In this document: positions 39,348-51,000 of the stretch, one piece after another
How the letters are laid out: the number at the start of each line of letters is the position of its first letter
How positions within the stretch are numbered: the first letter of the stretch is position 1
Origin: Gemmatimonadota bacterium
GTDB lineage: Bacteria > Gemmatimonadota > Gemmatimonadetes > Gemmatimonadales > Gemmatimonadaceae
Direction of reading: 5' to 3'
Length of the DNA stretch: 64,000 nt
Assembly: GCA_040389905.1 (NCBI GenBank)
Contig: JAZJZK010000011.1
Span: 9,042 to 73,041, forward strand
Notes under the pieces: generated by a model
Told to the model about the DNA's origin: nothing
The model's database searches: none
The model's input: only the letters and a program-made list of their open reading frames with translations
Made by a program: the position numbers and the translations under genes

Positions 39348-39589
39348 TAGAGCATCTCCTTGATCAGTACTGCCCAGCGGGGTCCAAGGCGACGCTTCAG
39401 CCGGCGGCGCGCGCGCAGCAGCCACTGGTTCACCGTCCCCTCGGCCGTCTTCACCGGTATGCCCCGCACGATCGCGAGCTGCTTCGCGATCACGATCTGC
39501 GGCACCTGCTGGAAGTAGTGCCGTGTGATCAGGTCGAGATCCTTGGCGCTCAGCGTGTGCGCCAGCTCAGCACCGAGCTCCTGCAGCAT
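39347..39589 (-). pseudogene. Sigma-70 region-4-like fragment (5' truncated)
   Basis: LSAKDLDLITRHYFQQVPQIVIAKQL...EGTVNQWLLRARRRLK; no region 2 upstream. Confidence 0.55.
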
Positions 39590-39821
39590 CGTCTCGGCGA
39601 ACTGGTGCTCCTGGGGTAGATGCGAGGTCAGAGAACAACCGTCGGCACGATTCGAGATGAACGCCGTTTCAGCTCACGTCATCGCGGGCGGCAACGACCT
39701 GGAGATCGTCAAAGGAATCTAGCCCCGAAAACCAATTCACTTTGCGTTTTGATCCCTCCTCCTACGACCTACATCGGAGGGGTCGCGATCCCCTCAACGT
39801 CACTGTCGAAGGGAGCACGCT

Positions 39822-40367
39822 ATGGAAAACAATGATCAGGATCGTCGCGCAGAACTTCTCGCGCATCCGTTCTACTGCAACGACATCCGGGCCGCGCGGG
39901 GTCGCCCGAAGCGCTCCATGATCCAGATCGATGACGGCGGCTGCTTTGTGTGGCAAGGCTGCTTGACGTCAAAGAAGTACCCTTGTCGTGGCCCGCTTGT
40001 GCACCGGCTCGCGTGGGCAGCGTTCTTTGGCCCGATTCCTCACGAGTACGAAATTCACCACATCTGCAGGAACAAGCAGTGTATCAACATTGATCACCTA
40101 CAGTGTCTGAGTATCCGGGAGCATCGGTTGCTCGGGCACCGACCGCTGAAGCTTGACGCGGAGAAGGTTTTGGCGATCCTTTCGCTGATCGTGGAAGGCG
40201 TTCCACGTCGGGAGATTGCAGCGCGCTTCGGAATAGCCCGGCATTATGTCACCGACCTGAAAAACGGCCGAGCGTGGAAGTCGTTGGTTCAAGGCTTCTG
40301 GAAGCGTCAAGAATCGCAGGACGTCTCCGACATACCGAGCGCGCAAGACATGCGACGCGCCGCATAG
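39822..40367 (+). CDS. Phage-type HNH endonuclease with C-terminal HTH
   Basis: CFVWQG, VHRLAW, IHHICRNKQCINIDHL; REIAARFGIARHYV. Confidence 0.85.
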   Translation: MENNDQDRRAELLAHPFYCNDIRAARGRPKRSMIQIDDGGCFVWQGCLTSKKYPCRGPLVHRLAWAAFFGPIPHEYEIHHICRNKQCINIDHLQCLSIREHRLLGHRPLKLDAEKVLAILSLIVEGVPRREIAARFGIARHYVTDLKNGRAWKSLVQGFWKRQESQDVSDIPSAQDMRRAA

Positions 40368-40781
40368 CGCCGATTCATTGGTGCGCCTCTCCCCCTGAAG
40401 CATCGCTGCTTTTGGATGGCATTTCGGAGTAGGCACGACTAGGATGATGAATCTAACACATTGCCACATAGGGCGTTACGCCGTGTGGTAGTCTGGAAGG
40501 GGATGTGCTTCACATCGTGAATTGTCCTATCCCATTAGGCCGCTGGCCCACCCCTCCGGCAGCGAGGGGCGCCACCGCGCACGAGCGCACTTGGATGCTC
40601 ACTGCAGGTTCTGACACCTGTGCCACGCGGCCTCGAATTCCTTCCTTGACTGGGATGGGAGATCGGCGCTATGCACGTCCATCTCCCGAACGAGCGTAAA
40701 GCTGGCGCAGGCGTCGTTACTGATCGTATGATGCGGGGGACAGGCAATCCCTCGTAACATCCCTCGCCCGACGCCCCCAGC

Positions 40782-43700
40782 GTGTCATCAGACGCCATCC
40801 CCGCTCCGGGGCAGATCGTTCGTGTCCGTACTCGGCGCCACCTAGTCGAGGCCGTCACCCCGCCTGGACCAGGCGGTCGAGACACTCTGGTCGCCCTTAG
40901 TTGCATCGACGACGACGCCTCGGGTGAGTCGCTTCGCGTGCTGTGGGAGAAGGAAGTCGACGCTGAGGTCCTCAGGGACGAGGGCTGGACCCGCATCGGC
41001 GATCGCGGATTCGATGCCCCAGGCCTGTTCAGCGCGTACCTGAACACGCTCCGCTGGAACACCGTCACAGCAACCGATCCCACGCTCTTCCAGGCACCGT
41101 TCCGCGCTGGCATTGAGGTGATGGCGTACCAGCTCGAGCCGCTACGAAAAGCTCTTCTTTTGCCGCGCGTCAATCTGTTCATCGCCGACGACGTCGGGCT
41201 TGGCAAGACAATCGAAGCAGGGCTCATTGTGCGCGAGTTGATGCTGCGCCAGCGCGTGCAGCGCATCGTCGTCGCAGCACCTCCAGCAGTCGTACAGCAG
41301 TGGCGCGAAGAACTCGAAGAGCGATTCGGGCTCACTTTTGTCATCTACGATCGTGAGTACGTTCGCCAGAAGCGAGTCGAGCGCGGACACGGCGTGAACC
41401 CGTGGACGACCCACAGCCGTTTCATCATCTCACATGCCCTCCTGCGCGATCCCGCGTATGCGATCGGCCTTCAGGACTGGCTTGGGACCTCGGCACCGGG
41501 CTCTCTGCTCATCCTCGACGAAGCACATCACGCGGCGCCGGCGAGCGGGGCGCGATATGCGATCGATTCGCGGTTCACCAAGACGATTCGCGAACTCGCG
41601 AACCGATTCGAACACCGCTTGTTCCTTTCTGCCACACCGCACAACGGACACTCGAACAGTTTCGCATCGCTCCTCGAGCTCCTCGATCCACAGCGGTTCA
41701 CACGCGGTGTCGAGGTCAAGAGCGCGAAGGAGCTCGACGCCGTCATGGTGCGGCGGCTGAAAGAGGACCTCCGTCGCATGCAGGGCGGGTTCGCGGTCCG
41801 AAAGGTTCCTGCGATCCGGATCAGCGGCCTTCCGCTGGATGCGCCCGAGCTCACGCTCGCGACCCTGATGAGCGAGCTCCGCGACGTCCGTACGCAGCGT
41901 TTGGCTGCCTCGCAGCACGCAGCAAGGTCGGCGGGCCGTCTCACAATTATCGGGCTTCAAAAGCGACTGTGGTCAAGTATTGACGCCTTCGCGCGAACCC
42001 TGGCGGTCCATGAGCGCACACTTGAGCGCTTGCGCGCACAGGAAACGCGGGAGTCCATCGTTGCCGAGCAGACGCTCGACTTGCTGCGGCAGGCTCCGGG
42101 GGTCGACGACGAAGATGCTGAGGCGTCAGAAGACGCGAACGACGCACTTCACGATGCAGCGATGGAGCGAGCGACTGCGGCAGCTGCGGGCGGGTCGACC
42201 GAGTTTTTCGAGCGTGAGCTCGCGATCGTCAAACAGATGCGAACGATCGCGGAGGAGCATCGACACTCCGCCGACGCCCGTGTGGAGCGCCTGGTCGATT
42301 GGATTCGCGAGAATCTCTGTCCGGGTTTGAGAACGGATGGCGCGCCCTCCGAATCTGCAGCATGGCTCCCTCGTCGCGTCATCATCTTCACCGAATACGC
42401 AGACACCAAGCGGTACCTCGAGGAGCAGCTCCGTTCCGCGATTTCGGGAAGTGACCGAGAAGACGAAAGAATCGCTGTTTATCATGGCGGAATGGGCGAA
42501 GAAGCGCGCGAAGAGGTGAAACGAGCGTTCAATGAGGATCCGACGCAGCATCCGCTTCGCATCCTCATTGCGACCGATGCCGCGCGCGAGGGATTGAACC
42601 TGCAGCAGCACTGCGCCGATCTCTTCCACTTCGATCTTCCGTGGAACCCAGCCCGGCTCGAGCAACGCAACGGCCGTATCGATCGCAAAGGCCAGCGCGC
42701 GCCAGAGGTCCGCTGCCACTACTTCGTCCTGGAGCAGAGGCCGGAGGACCGCGTGCTTGACACCTTGGTTCGCAAGACGGAGACGATTCGTCAGCAGCTC
42801 GGTAGTCTCGCGCCAGTTCTGCAACGCGACGTTGAAGCGCTGCTCGCTGATGGAATTGCGCGCGATGATGCCGATGCGCTCCGTGCTAGGATTGAATCCG
42901 CCGAGCTTGATGCGAAGAAAAAGGCGACCGTCGTGGAACAGCTCGAGGCTGCCCGCGAGCGTGGCCAAGACCTCGAACGGCAGCTCGACCGCCTGCAATC
43001 ACTAATGGGCAAAGCGAAGGAGTGGCTCAACTTCGATGCCGACCGATTCCGACACGTGCTCGACAAAGCGCTCTCCTTGTCAAGCGCGCCGCCGCTGGCA
43101 CCCGTCGAACACATGGGGCGAGATGCTTGGCGCGTTTCAATCCCGAGCAATGATGCGGCATGGACTGACACAGCGGACACGCTGCGAAAGCCGAAGGATC
43201 GCCGCACCACTCGCGAGGAGTGGCGCAGAACGAGCGCCATCCGACCTGTCGTTTTCGAGGACAACGGTCATCTCGACGGCGAAGCCGTACATCTCCATCT
43301 CGAGCACCGGCTAGCGCAACGTCTTCTCGGCCGCTTTACTGCCCAGGGGCTCGTTCACTACGACCTTGCCCGCGCCTGTGTCGGTCACACGCGCGACAGC
43401 CAGCCAAGGGTCATTCTCTTGGGGCGCCTTGGCCTGCTCGGACCACGTGCCGGTCGACTGCACGACGAGATCATTGCCGTTGCAGCGCGTTGGCGCCCAG
43501 CCGCCGCGCGCACGAATCCACTCGAGCCATACGCTGAAGGAGGAAAGGCGGAAGCGCAGACACTCGCTCTGCTCGACGCCGCGCTACCGGAGGCGGATGC
43601 TAACCGAGTTGGGCCGGAGATCGAGCGTCGACTGACTGACACAATCGCTCGCGACGTGGAGGAACTGCGTCCGCACCTTCAGCAGCGAGCGGAAGTCGCG

Positions 43701-44006
43701 ATGACTGCGGCAGAGGCGCTGCTGAGGGAGCGAGCCGAGAAGGAAGCACTCGATCTCGCGACGCTGATTCGCGAACGCACCAATCGCATTCGCGCCGCGC
43801 AGAAGCAGGCTCCCCAGTTGGAGCTCGAGTTCGCGGCCGAGGAGTTGAAGCAGTTGCGCGCCGAGCAGAAGCACTGGGAACAGCGCCTTCACAGCCTAGA
43901 GCGAGAGCTGCGAGAGGAGCCGGAACGGCTGCGTAAGTCGTACGAGGTGCAGAGCGCACGCGTCGAGCCCGTGGGTCTCGTATATCTCTGGCCAGTGAGT
44001 GGCTGA
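40782..44006 (+). CDS. drmD: DISARM SNF2-like helicase DrmD
   Basis: IADDVGLGKT, DEAHH, SATPHNG, ATDAAREGLNLQ, PWNPARLEQRNGRIDR; terminal GLVYLWP; operon context. Confidence 0.92.
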   Translation: MSSDAIPAPGQIVRVRTRRHLVEAVTPPGPGGRDTLVALSCIDDDASGESLRVLWEKEVDAEVLRDEGWTRIGDRGFDAPGLFSAYLNTLRWNTVTATDPTLFQAPFRAGIEVMAYQLEPLRKALLLPRVNLFIADDVGLGKTIEAGLIVRELMLRQRVQRIVVAAPPAVVQQWREELEERFGLTFVIYDREYVRQKRVERGHGVNPWTTHSRFIISHALLRDPAYAIGLQDWLGTSAPGSLLILDEAHHAAPASGARYAIDSRFTKTIRELANRFEHRLFLSATPHNGHSNSFASLLELLDPQRFTRGVEVKSAKELDAVMVRRLKEDLRRMQGGFAVRKVPAIRISGLPLDAPELTLATLMSELRDVRTQRLAASQHAARSAGRLTIIGLQKRLWSSIDAFARTLAVHERTLERLRAQETRESIVAEQTLDLLRQAPGVDDEDAEASEDANDALHDAAMERATAAAAGGSTEFFERELAIVKQMRTIAEEHRHSADARVERLVDWIRENLCPGLRTDGAPSESAAWLPRRVIIFTEYADTKRYLEEQLRSAISGSDREDERIAVYHGGMGEEAREEVKRAFNEDPTQHPLRILIATDAAREGLNLQQHCADLFHFDLPWNPARLEQRNGRIDRKGQRAPEVRCHYFVLEQRPEDRVLDTLVRKTETIRQQLGSLAPVLQRDVEALLADGIARDDADALRARIESAELDAKKKATVVEQLEAARERGQDLERQLDRLQSLMGKAKEWLNFDADRFRHVLDKALSLSSAPPLAPVEHMGRDAWRVSIPSNDAAWTDTADTLRKPKDRRTTREEWRRTSAIRPVVFEDNGHLDGEAVHLHLEHRLAQRLLGRFTAQGLVHYDLARACVGHTRDSQPRVILLGRLGLLGPRAGRLHDEIIAVAARWRPAAARTNPLEPYAEGGKAEAQTLALLDAALPEADANRVGPEIERRLTDTIARDVEELRPHLQQRAEVAMTAAEALLRERAEKEALDLATLIRERTNRIRAAQKQAPQLELEFAAEELKQLRAEQKHWEQRLHSLERELREEPERLRKSYEVQSARVEPVGLVYLWPVSG

Positions 44007-44009
44007 CGA

Positions 44010-47000
44010 ATGACCGATCCCGGAATCCGCGCGCACCAGGAGTGGCTCGGTCTCATTCAACCTGTCGGTCTCGTCGTTGTGCCGTCGGCGCTCGTCGCTG
44101 CCCAAGTGGAGCTGGACCGCTCGCAGAGCAGCAAGTGGCTTGACTACGACGCGCTGCTCGTGCTCCGCGACAATGAACAGGTCCTGCCGGAATGGCCAAC
44201 GTTCGCCCGCGCGTTTCTCGAGTGGACGCCTTCACAGCTGGCAGGTGCCGAGGGAGGCCCAACACTCCCGGCCGAATTGAGCGTTGTGCTCCCCGAGCTC
44301 GATGCGACGATTCAACCGACCTATGCGGTGCCTGATCCACATCGCGACGGTGAATGGTTGCTGCTGGTGTCCGTGCAGGCCGATGACGTCGCACTCGATC
44401 GTTCAGCTTCGGCGCATGGCACCGGATGGAACGCGAGCCCACACGACCGTTTCGAGCGTCTCCTTCGTGAAACGGGAGTGCCGGCGGGTTTGCTCGTCAG
44501 CGGGGACGTGATCCGCTTCATCTACGCGCCGCGTGGTGAGTCTTCAGGTTGGCTGAACTTTCCGGTTGAAAGCATGGCGACGCCGAGCGGGCGTCCCATG
44601 CTTTCGGCGTTGTATGAGTTGTTGAAGGGATGGCGGCTCAGTCGCGCGTGTCCAGAGGCACGGGGACTACGGCGCCTGCTCGAAGAGTCACGAAAATATC
44701 AGAATGAGGTCTCGACACGTCTTTCCGAGCAGGTGCTCGCGTCCCTGTACGAAATGGCCCGTGGGTTTCAGGCCGCCGATGACGCTGCTCCGGGTACTGT
44801 CCTGCATGACACGTTGCGCCAAGCGCCCAGTGAGGTGTACGGCGGCCTGCTCACGACCATCATGCGTCTCGTGTTCGTGCTCTACGCCGAGGAGCGCGGA
44901 ATGCTCCCGCAGGATGCAGTGTGGGTCGAGCACTACGGAGTCGGCTCGCTGCTCGAGCGTCTGCGCGGAGACAGGTCGCGGTATCCGGACACCATGGATC
45001 AGCGGTACGGCGCGTGGCCTCGGCTACTGTCGTTGTTCCGCATTCTGCATGACGGCGCGAACCATGACTCGATGGTGATCCCATCACGCGCCGGCGAGCT
45101 GTTCGATCCCGATCGGTATCCATTCCTCGAAGGGCGTCCGTTCGGTACGCACCGTGTGATGGGCGAGCGGTTGACAAACCTCCCGCGTGTTTCCGACGGT
45201 ACGATGCTCCGTGTGCTGGAACGTCTGCTGATGCTTGACGAGGAGCGCCTATCCTACCGCGCGCTTGACGTAGAGCAGATTGGTTCCGTCTACGAAGCCA
45301 TGATGGGTTTCGAAGCGTTGGCTGCGCGAGGAGCATCCATCGCCGTGAGGCCGAAGACGAAGAAGGCGGGAAGCCCGAGTCATTCGATAGTCGATCTCGA
45401 CCGGCTGCTCGCGCAGCCTGCCGCCGACCGCATCAAGTGGCTCAAGGAGGACGCAGATTGTGAGCTGCCACCCGCCGATGCAGCGGCCCTGAACGCGGCA
45501 ACGAGCATCGATGCTTTGCTCGCGGCACTCGGCAAACGCATCTCCCCATTCACGCCGCAGCCGATTCGGCAGGGTGGTTTGGTTTTATCGCCAACGGAGG
45601 AACGGCGTCGTTCCGGCTCACACTACACGCCACGCGAACTTACCGAGCCGATTGTCGCGACAACGCTGCGGCCAGTGTTGGAAGCGTTCGGTGAGACGCC
45701 CACGCCCGAGCAGCTACTCGAATTGCGCATCTGCGATCCTGCGATGGGATCAGGAGCATTTTTGGTTGGCGCCTGTCGCTATCTCGGCGACAAGCTCGTG
45801 GAGTCATGGCAGCGTACGAATACAATGCCGGCCATCCCGCCGGACGAGGATCCACAGCTCTATGCGCGACGGATTGTTGCGCAACGCTGCCTCTACGGTG
45901 TGGATCGCAATCCATTTGCAGTGCAGCTTGCGAAACTGTCGCTCTGGCTTGTGACGCTGGCGCGAGAGCACCCATTCACCTTCTTGGATCATGCACTGCG
46001 GGGAGGCGACTCGCTGGTTGGGCTGAGTGCGAAACAGATCGCTGCATTTCATTGGAGTACGAAAGCACAGATCAGTCTATGGGGACCGACGGTCGCGACG
46101 CTCGTAGGCGCCGCCGTGAAACGGCGTTCGCAGATCGAATCGCTGGCAGGAACAGACGACACGGCGCTGAAGCTGCGCCTGTTAGGTGAATCAGACGACG
46201 CACTTCAGTTCGTCCGGCTGGTCGGCGACGCTGTTATTGCAGCATACTTTTCGGAGGAAAAAGAGAAGAAACGGGAGCAGTTGCGGCAACAGTACGAGCA
46301 GAGCGCGCAGGATTCCGTTGGAAAGGAACTGAATGGGGGGTCGTTGGAGGCGATCTCGGAGCGGTTACGCAATGCCGATCAACCCATCACGCCGTTTCAT
46401 TGGGATGTGGAATTCGCCGAAGTGTTCGGGCGCCCCAATCCCGGATTCGATGCGATCGTGGGAAACCCGCCATTCCTCGGCGGGAAGCGAATCAGCACAG
46501 CGAATGGAGGGCCATACAGGGACTGGCTGTCCACCATTCATGAAGGTGCCAGCGGCAACACGGACTTGGTTGCGCACTTCTTCCGGCGGGCATTTTCGTT
46601 GCTCAATCGTGGCGGCACTTTCGGGCTGATCGCAACGAACACGATCGCTCAGGGTGACACGCGCGTCGGTGGACTGGCATGGTTGTGCGAACATGGGTGT
46701 ACGGTCTACGAAGCACGCAAGCGGCTCGCATGGCCGGGACATGCTGCCGTAGTTGTGAGTGTTGTTTACGGTTCGAAGAGCGCGCTGCGGGGCCCGTTCC
46801 GGCTTAACGGGAAATTGGTCGATCGAATCTCCGCCTTCTTGTTTCACGCCGGTGGAAATGTCAGCCCCCAACGTTTGGTCGAGAACGCAGGAAAGAGCTT
46901 CAACGGCTCGTTCTTCAATGGTGTGGGATTCACCTTCGACGACGCCAATCCGGATGCGACGCCGATTTCCGATATCGAGCGACTGTGTGCGCTGAATCCA

Positions 47001-47879
47001 AGAAACAGGGAAGTGATCGTGCCGTTCATCGGTGGAGAGGAACTGAATGAGAGTCCGCGACAGATGTATCACCGCTACGTCATCAACTTCGCGGATATGG
47101 AGGAAAGCGAAGCGCGAATGTGGCCAGAATTATTGGCCATCGTCGAAGCGAAAGTTCGACCGCATCGGATGGAGGTAAAGCGCGAGTCTCATCGACAAAG
47201 ATGGTGGCAGTTCGGCGAGAAGCGCCTGGAGTTGTACTCCGCTCTCCGGAGGATGGAGAGAGTTCTTGTGAACTCGCAGGTCAGCACCCACTTCGCGTTT
47301 GCGTTTCAGCCAACGGATCGAATCTTCTCACACGCGCTCAACGTTCTCTTGTTCGATAAGAGCGCCGGTTTTGCCGTTCTCCAATCGCGCGCCCACGAGA
47401 TATGGGCTCGTTTTCTCGGCTCTTCCATGAAGGACGACCTTCGCTACACACCATCAGAATGTTTCGAAACATTTCCGTTCCCGGTCGATTGGGAGTTCTC
47501 GAAGGAACTTGACCGCGCGGGTATCGAATACTACGACTATCGCGCCCGATTCATGTCCACGAATCATCAGGGCCTGACCGCTACATACAACCGTTTCCAT
47601 GACCGCGACGAACAGGACCCAGGCATTCGCCGTCTCAGGGAAGTCCACGACGAAATGGATCGGGCTGTCCTCACGGCTTATGGTTGGACCGACCTACAAC
47701 CTACCTGCGAGTTTCTGCTTGACTACGACGACGACGAAGAAGACACGAATAGTCGGCGTCGCAAGCCGTGGCGCTACCGTTGGCCCGACGAAATTCGTGA
47801 CGAAGTCCTCGCACGTCTCATGGAGCTGAATCGCCAGCGCTCGACACAGCCTCCTGCACGGCAGCAATCGCTGTTTTGA
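44010..47879 (+). CDS. drmMI: DISARM class I N6-adenine DNA methyltransferase DrmMI
   Basis: GSHYTP, DPAMGSGAFL, GNPPF, C-terminal target-recognition region; lies between drmD and drmA. Confidence 0.88.
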   Translation: MTDPGIRAHQEWLGLIQPVGLVVVPSALVAAQVELDRSQSSKWLDYDALLVLRDNEQVLPEWPTFARAFLEWTPSQLAGAEGGPTLPAELSVVLPELDATIQPTYAVPDPHRDGEWLLLVSVQADDVALDRSASAHGTGWNASPHDRFERLLRETGVPAGLLVSGDVIRFIYAPRGESSGWLNFPVESMATPSGRPMLSALYELLKGWRLSRACPEARGLRRLLEESRKYQNEVSTRLSEQVLASLYEMARGFQAADDAAPGTVLHDTLRQAPSEVYGGLLTTIMRLVFVLYAEERGMLPQDAVWVEHYGVGSLLERLRGDRSRYPDTMDQRYGAWPRLLSLFRILHDGANHDSMVIPSRAGELFDPDRYPFLEGRPFGTHRVMGERLTNLPRVSDGTMLRVLERLLMLDEERLSYRALDVEQIGSVYEAMMGFEALAARGASIAVRPKTKKAGSPSHSIVDLDRLLAQPAADRIKWLKEDADCELPPADAAALNAATSIDALLAALGKRISPFTPQPIRQGGLVLSPTEERRRSGSHYTPRELTEPIVATTLRPVLEAFGETPTPEQLLELRICDPAMGSGAFLVGACRYLGDKLVESWQRTNTMPAIPPDEDPQLYARRIVAQRCLYGVDRNPFAVQLAKLSLWLVTLAREHPFTFLDHALRGGDSLVGLSAKQIAAFHWSTKAQISLWGPTVATLVGAAVKRRSQIESLAGTDDTALKLRLLGESDDALQFVRLVGDAVIAAYFSEEKEKKREQLRQQYEQSAQDSVGKELNGGSLEAISERLRNADQPITPFHWDVEFAEVFGRPNPGFDAIVGNPPFLGGKRISTANGGPYRDWLSTIHEGASGNTDLVAHFFRRAFSLLNRGGTFGLIATNTIAQGDTRVGGLAWLCEHGCTVYEARKRLAWPGHAAVVVSVVYGSKSALRGPFRLNGKLVDRISAFLFHAGGNVSPQRLVENAGKSFNGSFFNGVGFTFDDANPDATPISDIERLCALNPRNREVIVPFIGGEELNESPRQMYHRYVINFADMEESEARMWPELLAIVEAKVRPHRMEVKRESHRQRWWQFGEKRLELYSALRRMERVLVNSQVSTHFAFAFQPTDRIFSHALNVLLFDKSAGFAVLQSRAHEIWARFLGSSMKDDLRYTPSECFETFPFPVDWEFSKELDRAGIEYYDYRARFMSTNHQGLTATYNRFHDRDEQDPGIRRLREVHDEMDRAVLTAYGWTDLQPTCEFLLDYDDDEEDTNSRRRKPWRYRWPDEIRDEVLARLMELNRQRSTQPPARQQSLF

Positions 47880-48069
47880 ACAACCGCATGCTCCGGACTG
47901 ACCGCATCCTCTGACTCCTTATTACTAACTTTCGCTCGTGCGTCAAGTCAGCCGACGGAACGGCAAGACTTCCAAGTCCGACAGCAATCCAGGACAACAT
48001 GAACATCAACCCTAGTCTTCGAAGTCTGATGACCGATTGCTTGAGCCTCGCCGGCGCAATCACGAGACC

Positions 48070-51000
48070 ATGACGCAGACTTCTGTCGAAGTACGTGACG
48101 ATGTGGTACGTGCTCTCAGGCTCGATCTCGTGGGCCCGATGGCGAATCTCGAGTCGGATGCCAAGTACGCGAGTGAACGCCTGCCGATGAGTCCCTCGCG
48201 TTGGTATCTCACAGGATTCCTTGTGCCGTCGAACGCACCCGACGAGCAACGCTCCGACGAAGCGAGTCAGGAAGAGATGGATCTCGCTGGCGATTCGGAT
48301 ATCGACGGGGATGAGGACGTCGCGCCCGAGAAGGGCGCCGCGAAACGCCTGATCTTCCCAGCGTCGATCGGATTGAGCGTACTGATTCCGGAGGGCACCG
48401 ATGGACTCGATGCCGTCATTACATGGGGAGACTACGTCCCTGAGCCCAAGGCGTCTGCCGCGACTGAGGGTGGAGAAGTCGACGCCGCAGTAGGTGCCGT
48501 ACCCATACCACGAGACCAAGTCTGGGTTCGCACGCCGCGCTCCCAGTCCGTTCGTGTTCCAATCAGCGCGCCGGGATCAAAGTCGAAAGCAGTTGATGTG
48601 CCCGGCTCCGGTGGAATCAAGCTCTATTCGAGTGCACGCAACACAGGCGGTGGCGCAACCGGCCTGAAGAAGGGCACACAGTCAGTTGCCGTCTTCCTGG
48701 TAAACGAGCGCACACCAGAGCCGACCGACGAAAAGGACCGAGCGTTCATCTTTCAGGCAAAGCTCGAGCTCACATGCAACGACGGCTTCGTGCCGCGTCC
48801 TGATCCGCGTCGTGGATCCGAGGATGACTGGGACGACAAGGTCGCCGATGTGCAGTACGCCGATGTCTTCGAGTATGCGACCGGCCACGGTGTGTCCGCT
48901 GACTGGTCTGTAGGAGCCAAGACATGTACGCGCGCATGGACCACGTGGACGCCCTGCGCAAACGTGCCGTTTGTCGAGCCGGCAGACATGCCCGAAGCGA
49001 TGCTTGAAATGCAGCGGCTGGCGACCGTTAGTGGTGACGAGCTGACTGCCGGACTCACGCCGTTGGTGCAGGGATACAGCAAGTGGATCGAACTGCAGCG
49101 GTCACACCTGCCAGAAGACGAGAAGCGCAAGGCAACCGCGACTAACCTGCTGTCTCGTGCGACGACGGCGCGTGATCGGATGCAGCGCGGCATTTCACTC
49201 CTCGACGACGACACCATTCGTCGTGCTTTTCAACTCGCGAATCTCGCGATGGACGAGGCATCGCGCCGTCGAGTTGCGCAACGCTCGGGCCAGGCTCCTG
49301 GCGACGTTAAAGCGCCTGCATGGAGACCCTTCCAGCTCGCGTTCGTTCTGCTCAACATGGCTGGCATCGCGAATCCCGCCGACACTGATCGAGAGATTGT
49401 CGATCTACTGTTTTTTCCCACAGGTGGCGGCAAAACCGAGGCGTACCTGGGGCTCGCCGCGTTCACCCTGATCCTGCGACGTCTTCGCCAACCGACCGTT
49501 GCATCGGCGGGCGTGACGGTGCTCATGCGGTACACATTGCGTCTGCTCACGCTCGATCAGCTAGGGCGAGCGGCATCGCTGATCTGTGCGCTCGAACGGA
49601 TACGCTGGACGAACACGGATTCTCTCGGGCCGTGGCCATTCGAGATCGGGCTGTGGGTTGGCCGCGCGGCCACGCCAAACAGGATGGGAAAGACTGGCGA
49701 TCAGGATGAGAGCACGGCGCGGAAGCGTGTACAGGCGTACCAACAGAACAGCAGGCGCAAGCCTGCGCCGATTCCGATTGAGTCGTGTCCGTGGTGCGGC
49801 ACAGCGTTTACGAGAGACTCGTACGATCTGCGGCCGAATGCGAACCACCCCATCGACCTGCGAATCCTCTGCGTGAACACGTCGTGCGAGTTCTCCGGAG
49901 AACGCGCGCTCCCGATCGTCGCAGTGGACGAACCGCTGTATCGCCGTTTGCCCTGCTTCGTGATCGCGACAGTGGACAAGTTCGCGTCACTGCCATTCGA
50001 GGCACGCGCAGGTGCGTTGTTCGGACTGGTAGATCGTCACGATCAGAATGGTTTCTATGGGGCGGCCGATCCGGGCGTCGGCAATCCCATTCCTGGCGGT
50101 CGTCTTCAGCCGCCGGAGCTGATCATTCAGGACGAGTTGCATCTCATCTCGGGCCCTCTGGGGACCATCGCGGGACTGTACGAGGCAGCGATCGACCGGC
50201 TGGCAACTCGCGAGCAGAATGGCGCTATGATCAGGCCGAAGATCGTCGCATCGACAGCGACCGTACGCCGGGCAGAAAAGCAGGTGCGGGCGCTGTTTGC
50301 TCGCCGTGGAGTGGAGCTTTTCCCGCCGGCGAGCGCCAATCGCGATGACTCGTTCTTCGCACTGACCGCCCCGACTGATCGACACGCGCCGCGCCAGTAC
50401 ATCGGACTCGCCGCGCCAGGTCGAAGCCTGAAGGTCGTGATGCTTCGTGCGTACATCGCGCTCTTGGGCGCATCATATCGCGCATACAAAGCCAACGGCG
50501 CCGATCGATTCGGATCGAATCCAGCAGATCCATATCTCACGCTGCTGGGCTATTTCAGCGCGCTTCGAGAGTTGGGCGGTGCCAGGCGCATCATCGAGGA
50601 TGAAGTCAACAGCCGGCTCCGCATATACGGCGATCGCAAACGTGTTGGCGAGCAGCAGGGGCTCTTCGAGGATCGCGACATTGAGTATGAAGTGCTCGAG
50701 TTGACGTCTCGAAAATCAACCAGTGACGTCGCTCGGGCGAAGCAGCGTCTCGAACATGAATGGCGCCTCGATAACAAGGGAGAGCGCGTTGACGTGGCAA
50801 TCGCAACAAACATGATCTCCGTCGGCCTCGACATTTCGAGACTCGGCTTGATGGTCGTCGCCGGTCAGCCACGAGGGAGCGCGGAATACATTCAGTCCAC
50901 TAGCCGGGTCGGTCGCCTTCCGACCAGACCCGGATTGGTGGTGACGCTACTGACGACGAACAAGCCTCGAGATCGCTCACATTACGAGCGCTTCGGATTC

